Origin: Promethearchaeum syntrophicum
Lineage (GTDB): Archaea; Asgardarchaeota; Lokiarchaeia; Sigyniarchaeales; Promethearchaeaceae
Assembly: GCF_008000775.2 (NCBI RefSeq)
Contig: NZ_CP042905.2
Coordinates: 2,820,001-2,852,000 of the forward strand
Length of the DNA stretch: 32,000 nucleotides
Direction of reading: 5' to 3'
Shown: one piece after another, positions 1-6,634 of the stretch
How the letters are laid out: each line of letters opens with the position of its first letter
Numbering within the stretch: position 1 is the first letter of the stretch
The notes under the pieces: generated by a model
The model's input: only the letters and a program-made list of their open reading frames with translations
Told to the model about the DNA's origin: nothing
Database searches by the model: none
Program-made: the position numbers and the translations under genes

Positions 1-135
1 CATCTCTAAATCGCGAAGCAATCCAAGAGGATTAAATAATCCAGTTAAATGGGTTGGGCAACTTAAATTGCATTGTCCACAGTTTTTGCATGCAGAAATA
101 TATTCATTAATTGCCGAATTGAATGTAGTAAGCAT
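1..135 (-). CDS. 5' part of a 4Fe-4S cluster-binding protein (HdrC/GlpC-like Fe-S subunit); runs off the left edge
   Basis: Reverse-strand reading from the ATG at 135..133 gives MLTTFNSAINEYISACKNCGQCNLSCPTHLTGLFNPLGLLRDLEM, which contains a canonical CxxCxxCxxxCP ferredoxin-type motif. The frame stays open to the window edge. It is missing from the ORF track only because it is under 60 aa. Confidence 0.5.
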   Translation of the reverse strand, partial: MLTTFNSAINEYISACKNCGQCNLSCPTHLTGLFNPLGLLRDLEM

Positions 136-391
136 TGTGAAATTAAGTAAAATGGGAATACATAAAGGTTATCCTTGCAAAATCACTGAATTAAATTTAT
201 TTCGTAAAATTTTCCCTAATGAAATCAAAAATCTCTATATAATGAATTATAAATAATTATTCCTAATATATGATGAATTTTACTAAAATGAACAAAATTT
301 CACAAAAACAATAAAAAATCCAAAACCTCTTAAAGGAGATTTTCTTAAAAAAAGTTCGACATAAATTCAATCGAAATCATGATGATTTAAC

Positions 392-1078
392 TTGCTAAAT
401 CGAATAGATCTGAAGGGGTTTAAAAAGGTTCAAGATGAATACAGAAAAGATCGCTCTAAATGTAAGAAAACATTGGAAGTTAAAGGAAGATGGAAATTAG
501 ATGTACAATATGGTCCACAATTTGAGATAAAACTGGCCACAGAAAGAGCAGGGATCATTACTGTACAAACTGATGAAACCATCATCCTTGGAGGAGGAGG
601 AACAGCAGTACACCCAGTTCATTATTGTATGGTCGGTTTTTGTGGTTGCTTCTCAGCAGCATTTGCTAAATGGGCAGCAATGGCAGATATAGAATTAAAA
701 AAATTAGACATTAGAATTATTGCAGACATAGATTTAACAACGGGATTTGGAATTGAGGATGGTATTGATGCTGTTAATGATTATAAACTTGAAATATATA
801 TTGAAAGCGATGCAAGTGAAGATGAATTAAATAAAGTTCTGGAGTACACAAAAAAAAGATGTTTTTGTATGTATTGTATCACGACACCAATAGAACCTAA
901 AATTGAGATGATAATAGAAACACCTGAAGAAGAGATAGAAGATGCCGTCTTTATTTGTCCTAATTGTTTCAAGTATACAATGGTATTTTTAGATGATAAC
1001 ACTCAGAAATGTTCGAATTGCAATACTATTGGCTATTTTACTCGACCACCCGAATCAGAAGAATCATCTAAGAAATAA
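392..1078 (+). CDS. OsmC/Ohr-family (peroxiredoxin-like) domain fused to a C-terminal CxxC...CxxC zinc ribbon
   Basis: The central segment GGGGTAVHPVHYCMVGFCGCFSAAF plus the later KKRCFCMYC is typical of the OsmC fold with its conserved cysteines. The C-terminus CPNCFKY...(16 aa)...CSNCN is a zinc-ribbon pattern. The start is TTG because there is no in-frame ATG upstream of the domain. Confidence 0.7.
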   Translation: MLNRIDLKGFKKVQDEYRKDRSKCKKTLEVKGRWKLDVQYGPQFEIKLATERAGIITVQTDETIILGGGGTAVHPVHYCMVGFCGCFSAAFAKWAAMADIELKKLDIRIIADIDLTTGFGIEDGIDAVNDYKLEIYIESDASEDELNKVLEYTKKRCFCMYCITTPIEPKIEMIIETPEEEIEDAVFICPNCFKYTMVFLDDNTQKCSNCNTIGYFTRPPESEESSKK

Positions 1079-1115
1079 AAAAGCACATTAGAAAGGAGCA
1101 TTATAATATCAAGAA

Positions 1116-1334
1116 GTGAAACAAATGAATGAAGAATGGCCTTATGTAACTAATAAAGATCAATACGTTATGGATTTAGAAAAAGATTTAAAGAAAACTA
1201 AGAATCAATTATATCAGACTTTAATAAATGCAAATAAAACAGTTAACGAAATTCAAGAAGTTCAGGAGAAATTGAATCGATGTCAAATTGAAAATGCAAA
1301 ATTAAAGCATCAAATTGAAGATTTATCTAAATAA
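1116..1334 (+). CDS. Small coiled-coil protein immediately upstream of the Rab-like GTPase
   Basis: 72-aa ORF with a heptad-like charged/hydrophobic pattern (LEKDLKKTKNQLYQTLINANKTVNEIQEVQEKLNRCQIENAKLKHQIEDL). It ends 34 nt upstream of the co-directional GTPase gene. The start is GTG at 1116 or ATG at 1125. Confidence 0.45.
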   Translation: MKQMNEEWPYVTNKDQYVMDLEKDLKKTKNQLYQTLINANKTVNEIQEVQEKLNRCQIENAKLKHQIEDLSK

Positions 1335-1368
1335 TTTTAATTGAAAAAAAAGGCATGGTTTAAACCCA

Positions 1369-1920
1369 ATGAATGATACTCAAATAGATTTTATCTTTAA
1401 AATAACAGTAATTGGAGATAGTGGTGTAGGAAAAACATCGTTAATTAAACAATATACTCAGAGTTCATTTGAAAATGATTATATTTCTACAATTGGGGCC
1501 CAATTTTCTATATATAATGAAGAGATAGATGGGGGTAAATTTAAGTTATTTTTATGGGATATCGCTGGTGAAAAGGATTTTAAATTCCTACGCGCTCAGT
1601 TTTATACAAAAAGTAAAGCCGCAATTATTGTTTATTCTCTCGAGGAAAATGATCATGGAAGAAAAAGCTTCAAGCACATAATTGAATGGTATAAGGATAT
1701 TAAAGAATATTGCGGAGAAATTCCCGTTATCATTTTTGCTAATAAAGTTGATTTAATTGATGAAAGAAATTTCGATGATACGGAGGTACAGAAATTAGTT
1801 AAGGAAAATAACTTTTTAGGAATTTATTATACTTCCGCGAAAACTGGTAAGAAGGTAACTGAAGCTTTCCAATACATAATTAAATTTCTTTATAATCAGG
1901 CTAAGAATAAGATTTATTAA
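1369..1920 (+). CDS. Ras-superfamily small GTPase, Rab-like
   Basis: G1 is GDSGVGKTS. Switch I is YISTIGAQF. G3 is WDIAGE, where Rab/Ras has DTAGQ. G4 is NKVD. G5 is TSAKTG. At 183 aa it is a single G domain with no C-terminal Cys prenylation motif. Confidence 0.9.
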   Translation: MNDTQIDFIFKITVIGDSGVGKTSLIKQYTQSSFENDYISTIGAQFSIYNEEIDGGKFKLFLWDIAGEKDFKFLRAQFYTKSKAAIIVYSLEENDHGRKSFKHIIEWYKDIKEYCGEIPVIIFANKVDLIDERNFDDTEVQKLVKENNFLGIYYTSAKTGKKVTEAFQYIIKFLYNQAKNKIY

Positions 1921-1956
1921 AAAATTTTTACAATAATACAAAGGTTTTGAATTAAA

Positions 1957-2202
1957 TTATCTGAATTGCTTTTTTTTCATCGAGAACAGCAGAATGATTG
2001 CACTTCCTGTTCCTATAATTATGCCGATAATTATTAAATACCATTCTAAATTACTGATTAACCAAAAAAATCTGCCGGAAGTCCCATATCCCATCTCGTA
2101 AGCTATATTTTGTAAATATAATCCTAAAGGGAAAGCTAGACACGACACCAGTATTCCAACACAAAGTCCAATGACGGGAAAAGTCAATTTGCTTTCCATC
2201 AT
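1957..2202 (-). CDS. Small integral membrane protein (two predicted TM helices)
   Basis: 81-aa ORF with two long hydrophobic stretches (FPVIGLCVGILVSCLAFPLGLYL and WYLIIIGIIIGTGSAIILLF). No recognisable family. Confidence 0.45.
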   Translation of the reverse strand: MMESKLTFPVIGLCVGILVSCLAFPLGLYLQNIAYEMGYGTSGRFFWLISNLEWYLIIIGIIIGTGSAIILLFSMKKKQFR

Positions 2203-2555
2203 TTTGTGTCTCCGTTCTTTTTTTTTTAATTTAAATTATTAACAAAATTAGTAATATTAAAACTATGGGATAAATTTGAGAGATTTAATGAAATAAAAGA
2301 AGGAGATATTCTCAGTTTGCATTTTCGCAATATTTGGGATATAACTATTCTGCAACGCATTTCGCCTTATCTTCAGTGTTCGGGATGGGAACTGGAGTTT
2401 TTCGAAACCTATGACCGAGAATAATTAATCAAATATTAGAAGAAATATAAAATTTACGGATTTCCAAAATACTTCAAGGAAAGTATATAAAATTTACGAA
2501 TTTGGGAGCAAAATCAAGCGATATTTCAAAAAGGAGAATATTAATAATTAATTTA

Positions 2556-3060
2556 TTTATCTGATTTCAAAAATCCTAAAACTGGATTAATACAATAAGC
2601 TTCATCAATTACCCACGAATGCTTCTGCTAATCACAAGTTTAAGTATTAAGTTTATAAATTTTAGTTCTCGGATGATTTACATTATTTAAATGAAGTTCT
2701 GCAAGTTATAGGGGTATATAGAATAATAAATCAGATTTATGTTTAGTGGGTATTTGCAGATACCTGAAAAGCTTCTAAATTTCAATTCTTAACATAGATT
2801 GAAAAGGGGTTGGATTCAGTTCCATTCGAGTTTTATGTTTTGTATTTCTTTTCATCCCCCTACCCCCAGATAAAAAAAAATTAAAGTTATCAAAGTGTTG
2901 GAGGAGTACATATGTACATTCAGTTTCAATACTTGCATCATTGAGAAATCAAAATAATCTTGATTAAAATTGGATGATTTTGGGAAATTCCCCTTAATCA
3001 CCATTTTAGGCTAGATACTTGGATAACAAATTTCCTGATACCAAGAACTCTCACGGACTG
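2556..3060 (-). pseudogene. Decayed paralog of the 3' half of the tandem Lrp/AsnC-like regulator gene at 3392..4549
   Basis: Collinear nucleotide similarity to 3400-3900. Shared blocks include tgatttcaaa.atcc.aaaact.gattaat, cttcatcaatta, aataataaatcaga, ggattcagttccatt.gagtttt, tacccccagat and agtttcaatac. No ORF of 60 aa or more exists on either strand across 2203-3391, so the reading frame is broken. Confidence 0.6.
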
Positions 3061-3204
3061 AATAAAAAATTTTTGGTAGATGATGTAATAAATTATTTAG
3101 AAAAAGCTATGTACAACCATCACAAAGCGATAAAATTGTTAAAATCTAAACAGTTAAATGAGAAAAAAAACAAATGTAATCTAATTACATAAAAGTGATT
3201 AAAT

Positions 3205-3315
3205 ATGAAATTAAAATTCTGGTTAATTTTGGGGATATCGTACTTATTATTGATGATGCCTGTGTTATTAGCTGTTGCTGGGAGAGAAGATGGCGGCGGC
3301 GGAGTAATTGATTAA
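3205..3315 (+). CDS. Unannotated 36-aa signal-peptide ORF ending in the EDGGGGV motif
   Basis: The ATG at 3205 to the TAA at 3313-3315 translates to MKLKFWLILGISYLLLMMPVLLAVAGREDGGGGVID. It has a basic N-terminus, a hydrophobic core and a small-residue AVAG site. It then carries the same (E/D)DGGGGV motif as the 4675..5082 repeats, written with the same GC-rich GGC/GGC/GGC codons that are otherwise rare in this AT-rich DNA. Confidence 0.5.
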   Translation: MKLKFWLILGISYLLLMMPVLLAVAGREDGGGGVID

Positions 3316-3391
3316 TAATTTTTTACCATTTTTTTTCTATAATCTTATCTAACGATTCTTAAGCAGGTTAATTGTAAAAAGGCTAATAATC

Positions 3392-4549
3392 CTAATTATT
3401 TTTCAAATCCGATTTCAAAGATCCCAAAACTTGATTAATGTAAAAATCTTCATCAATTATCCAATTTTGTGTTTTTTCATCCCAAGCATCGGCGTTGAGT
3501 AAGTATGTTTGAGTTCGTGGAGAATCGATATAATTAATGTGAAGTTCTTGAAGTTTTGGACGTAAGTAAAATAATAAATCAGACATTTGTGAAGTTGGTA
3601 AATGTAGGTACCAATATAGCTTATATCCATCAATTTTTAAAGTAGATAAAAAAGGAATTGGATTCAGTTCCATTAGAGTTTTTATTTTTTGTAATTCTTT
3701 TTCTTCTCCATACCCCCAGATGAGAAAAGTATTTAGAATATCAAAATTTATTGGGTTGATTATTGCACGATGAGTTTCAATACATTCTTCTTTAACCAAT
3801 TTTAATCGCCTACTAAAGGTTGGGTCCGAAATTTCCCATCCTCGTGTCTTTAGTTTAGCGATCATATCAGAATTTTTTCTTCTGGCATTCCAGGATAATT
3901 CTCCAATAATTGCAATATCTTGTTTTTTTATCCAATTTTTAGCACTCCCAGGTATTTCCAATTGTTTTATTGAATGGTTAGATGTTATAGGTGCAGTTCT
4001 ATTATTTTTTTCAAACCAGTCTTCCCAACTAAAATTCCAACTTAGATATTCAGAGTCCCATGCATCAATTTTTATCGTTGAATATACTGATGGTACTGAA
4101 TATTGTAAAATTTTAAAATCATCAATTTGTCCAAAATTTTTCATTTTTTGGAATAAAGTTCGGATCAAATTATCAGAACCAATAGGATTTGTTAATTGAA
4201 TAAGCATTCCATTTACATCCCCATAAGTCCTATTGTAGAACACAATATATGGATGTTCATCACCTAATTTCTTGATTATTTGAAGTTTTTTTTCAGAGTC
4301 TGCTTTTACTATGACATCTACACGTTGTAACCCTAAATTATAGAGATGCGGAAGGCTTTTTACTTGAAAATATGGTATAGAATTTGGTGGTCCTTCTAAT
4401 TTCTTCACAATTCCGAACACAACAGATTTAGATAAATCAGTCATAGAAGCTAGTTCATCATATGTTGCTAAAGGTTTCTCTTCAAGAGCAATAAGTACCC
4501 GCTTTTCACGTATAGACAATTGACTGATTTTGCTTTTCTTTTGTTCCAC
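3392..4549 (-). CDS. Tandem Lrp/AsnC-like transcriptional regulator (two HTH + RAM-like modules)
   Basis: The N-terminal EKRVLIALEEKPLATYDELASMTDLSKSVVFGIVKKLEG is an AsnC-type wHTH. It is followed by LGLQRVDVIVKADSEKKLQIIKKLGDEHPYIVFYNRTYGDVNGMLIQL, a RAM-like ligand-binding pattern. A second, similar module starts around residue 210. The start is GTG, preceded by GAGGGAG. Confidence 0.7.
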   Translation of the reverse strand: MEQKKSKISQLSIREKRVLIALEEKPLATYDELASMTDLSKSVVFGIVKKLEGPPNSIPYFQVKSLPHLYNLGLQRVDVIVKADSEKKLQIIKKLGDEHPYIVFYNRTYGDVNGMLIQLTNPIGSDNLIRTLFQKMKNFGQIDDFKILQYSVPSVYSTIKIDAWDSEYLSWNFSWEDWFEKNNRTAPITSNHSIKQLEIPGSAKNWIKKQDIAIIGELSWNARRKNSDMIAKLKTRGWEISDPTFSRRLKLVKEECIETHRAIINPINFDILNTFLIWGYGEEKELQKIKTLMELNPIPFLSTLKIDGYKLYWYLHLPTSQMSDLLFYLRPKLQELHINYIDSPRTQTYLLNADAWDEKTQNWIIDEDFYINQVLGSLKSDLKNN

Positions 4550-4674
4550 TTTATCTCCCTCTTCCTTGGTTAAAAAATTACCATATTTTGACTTTCAAAA
4601 AAGATAAAAATTTTTTATTAAATTGTTCATGGACATACATATTTTGTTTATGTTTTTAAAACGAAATTTTAACT

Positions 4675-5082
4675 TTAGATTATGAAATTAGGGACGCCGC
4701 CGCCACCGTCATCTTTCGTTACTGATAAATCAATTTGATTTGGGACGCCACCGCCACCATCATCTTTGAATATTAGGTTAATTAAATTTGGAACGCCACC
4801 GCCACCATCATCTTTGATTATTAGGTTAATTAAATTTGGAACGCCACCGCCACCATCATCTTTGAATAATAGGTTAATTAGATTTGGAACGCCACCGCCA
4901 CCATCATCTTTAAATATCAGGAAAATTAGATTATAAGTTCCATTGACCTCTCTATCTTCTTTTATTGAAGTGTTTGTATTGTCAATATTAATTCCATTTA
5001 TTGATACTACCGTTAAAAAGCTAATTGCTGTGACCAGTGACAGCACTAATACGATTTTTGAAATTTTTTTACTTGATCTCAT
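4675..5082 (-). CDS. Secreted or membrane-anchored protein with five tandem 16-aa DDGGGGVPN repeats
   Basis: MRSSKKISKIVLVLSLVTAISFLTVVS is a signal-peptide-like N-terminus. It is followed by 5 x (KDDGGGGVPNLINLIF) and the protein ends ...KDDGGGGVPNFII. It is co-directional with the regulator gene and 125 nt upstream of it. Confidence 0.75.
   Translation of the reverse strand: MRSSKKISKIVLVLSLVTAISFLTVVSINGINIDNTNTSIKEDREVNGTYNLIFLIFKDDGGGGVPNLINLLFKDDGGGGVPNLINLIIKDDGGGGVPNLINLIFKDDGGGGVPNQIDLSVTKDDGGGGVPNFII
4691..4935 (-). repeat. In-frame tandem DNA repeat, period 48 bp (one 51-bp unit), 5 copies
   Basis: The core gg[ga]acgcc[ag]ccgccacc[ag]tcatcttt starts at 4691, 4742, 4790, 4838 and 4886. 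The inter-core segments (ttaggttaattaaattt) are also near-identical in the middle three units. Confidence 0.9.
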
Positions 5083-5729
5083 TTTTAATACCTATTTATA
5101 TTGGAAAGGTTTAAGTATAAAAATTTTTTGTCGATTTTTTCATTTTTACATTATTGTATTCTTATGAAATATATGATGAAAAATAGAAAATCTAAAAAAT
5201 TTTATGAATAATTAATTTAAAATATCAAAATAATAATAGAATTAGATAGATTAGAGAAAACTACTAAATTTTATTTTATTATCTCGATGAATTTTCAAGA
5301 TTAAATATGAAGGGAAATTCTCGTCATTTAAAAACAAAAAAAACAAAACAAATATTTAAATATTCTATGAGCGTTTTATCATTTAGTTAAACAAAACGAA
5401 GGTCATTTAAGTGAATACTTGGAAAGAAGAGATTTCTTTAAACTTTGGGTATAATTCCCGATTACACGAAAGAACGGAAGCAATCCAAGAATATCTTAAG
5501 TCAATATTTATTGCCGTTACAGAAATTGCAGTTTAATCGGGATTAAAAATAGTATTTCGACTCATGACAAAAATCGACAAAAAAATTTTTTAAATGGAAA
5601 AGCAAATTTGGGAAATTAATCGGGTTAATTATATCTTCAGCTTCAATTGATAGGAATAATTGGGAACAAGGAAAAGAAATTGTTGTTATTTGAAATAAAA
5701 TATAAGATAAAACGGGGTGTGTATTAAGC

Positions 5730-6035
5730 GTGAATTTAGGATTTAATAGATCAACCTATCATTCAAGAACAATAAGCGTAATTATTCCCAAGCTTGATAA
5801 ATGTTTAAATGATGGAATTTCTTACATGGAAAAGCACAAACCGACAAAGAATACAGTTCGGACAGTTTTTTTATTTGAGAAAAAATTTGACCTTTTCCGG
5901 GCACAAATTGACAATTATAATATATTACCGATAAACACTCAGAATCTTGAAACGAAATATCGACATCTCAAAGAAAAATGGTTATTAGATTATGAAAGAA
6001 GTCTCAAAAAAAGTAAAGAAACTAACGGAAACTAA
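5730..6035 (+). CDS. Hypothetical protein; possibly the 5' part of a frameshifted gene
   Basis: 101-aa ORF with a GTG start and no recognisable domain. It overlaps the next ORF by 44 nt around an A7 run. Confidence 0.3.
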   Translation: MNLGFNRSTYHSRTISVIIPKLDKCLNDGISYMEKHKPTKNTVRTVFLFEKKFDLFRAQIDNYNILPINTQNLETKYRHLKEKWLLDYERSLKKSKETNGN

Positions 6036-6204
6036 TAAAAAGATCCTGAAAGATCAACCGCAAAATTCCTTCAGTGCAAAGCAGAAGATTAAAATTGAGA
6101 ACGAAAATCAGGAATTATCACCAATTGCACTTATGAGACATCGAATCGAGGAAATGAACAGAAAGCTATTGGAAAAACGCAATCAAGGAAAAATGCATAA
6201 ATAG
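5992..6204 (+). CDS. Hypothetical Lys/Glu-rich protein; possibly the 3' part of a frameshifted gene
   Basis: 70-aa ORF in the +1 frame relative to 5730..6035. No recognisable domain. Confidence 0.3.
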   Translation: MKEVSKKVKKLTETNKKILKDQPQNSFSAKQKIKIENENQELSPIALMRHRIEEMNRKLLEKRNQGKMHK

Positions 6205-6242
6205 CAGAAAAAAATTAGAGATTAACAAGATTTGGTCTAGGG

Positions 6243-6548
6243 TTACCATTGATATTTTTTCAAATTTACCTTAAAATCATTGATAAATTCAATACCCTCC
6301 ATTTCAAGTAATTCCTTTTGGGTGTTTTTACCATCTTCAGATTTCATAGCGATTATGCCTTTGGAGTTTATAACGCGATGCCAAGGAAGATCATATTTTT
6401 GGGAAGATGAATGTAAGATCCAAGATACTTGTCTTGCACTCCTTGGATTTCCAGCGAGAACTGCGATATTACCGTAGGTAGTAACCTTTCCTTTTGGAAT
6501 TTGTTTGATAATTTTAATAACACTATTCGTAAAATCAGATATTGGCAC
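6243..6548 (-). CDS. Alkyltransferase-like protein (ATL): an MGMT/Ogt DNA-binding domain lacking the acceptor cysteine
   Basis: VTTYGNIAVLAGNPRSARQVSWIL...LPWHRVINSKG matches the O6-alkylguanine-DNA alkyltransferase C-terminal domain. The canonical PCHRV is replaced by PWHRV (TGG codon at 6383..6381). The ~100-aa size is typical of ATLs. Confidence 0.85.
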   Translation of the reverse strand: MPISDFTNSVIKIIKQIPKGKVTTYGNIAVLAGNPRSARQVSWILHSSSQKYDLPWHRVINSKGIIAMKSEDGKNTQKELLEMEGIEFINDFKVNLKKYQW

Positions 6549-6600
6549 GAGAATTCTAATTAAATTTTAGTTAAATATTTAATGGGAAAAATGATATGGA

Positions 6601-6611
6601 AAAAAAAAAAA
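6601..6611 (-). terminator. Oligo-T tract (A11 on the + strand) downstream of the acyl-CoA dehydrogenase gene
   Basis: Eleven consecutive A on the + strand read as T11 on the coding strand, 24 nt after the stop codon. Archaeal intrinsic termination commonly uses oligo-T tracts. Confidence 0.4.
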
Positions 6612-6634
6612 GAAAATAGATTCTTGATTCGTTT

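Noticed and set aside
15-28. 14-mer gaagcaatccaaga shared between position 15-28 and 5476-5489
   Set aside because: A single 14-bp match in 32 kb of compositionally biased DNA is within chance expectation, and there is no extended similarity on either side.
68-256. 62-aa + strand ORF at the left edge
   Set aside because: It has an odd composition and no motif. It overlaps, on the opposite strand, a reading frame with a clean CxxCxxCxxxCP ferredoxin motif (1..135, - strand), which is the more credible coding frame.
781-1002. Antisense or nested ORFs inside confident genes: 781..1002, 4943..5167, 6280..6477, 7603..7785, 7710..7964, 9059..9244, 11569..11784, 11717..11905, 12495..12692, 15193..15432, 18482..18760, 20548..20787, 20794..21054, 20827..21030, 22139..22366, 24854..25144, 24881..25093, 25062..25262, 26385..26600, 29277..29588
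   Set aside because: Each lies within or largely overlaps a longer ORF that has recognisable family motifs or coherent architecture. Their translations are low-complexity or compositionally atypical.
2290-2425. Open frame KEGDILSLHFRNIWDITILQRISPYLQCSGWELEFFETYDRE*, considered as a gene fragment, and the locally GC-richer stretch 2340-2410, considered as a possible small RNA
   Set aside because: There is no start codon and no recognisable homology. There is no tRNA-like T-arm (GGTTCGAATCC type) or stable extended stem visible. It probably belongs to the same decayed region as the neighbouring pseudogene.
4691-4935. Possible CRISPR array, because of regularly spaced ~26-bp GC-rich repeats with a 48-bp period
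   Set aside because: The 'spacers' are themselves near-identical. The whole array is in-frame inside an ORF with a start, a signal peptide and a stop. No leader or cas genes are nearby. It is a coding tandem repeat.
5119-5591. Inverted repeat aaaaattttttgtcgatttttt (5119-5140) / caaaaatcgacaaaaaaatttttt (5567-5591), considered as a possible MITE boundary
   Set aside because: Apart from the tcgac core, the arms are A/T homopolymer runs and need an indel to align. There is no target-site duplication and no second copy in the window. In DNA this AT-rich, the match is not convincing.
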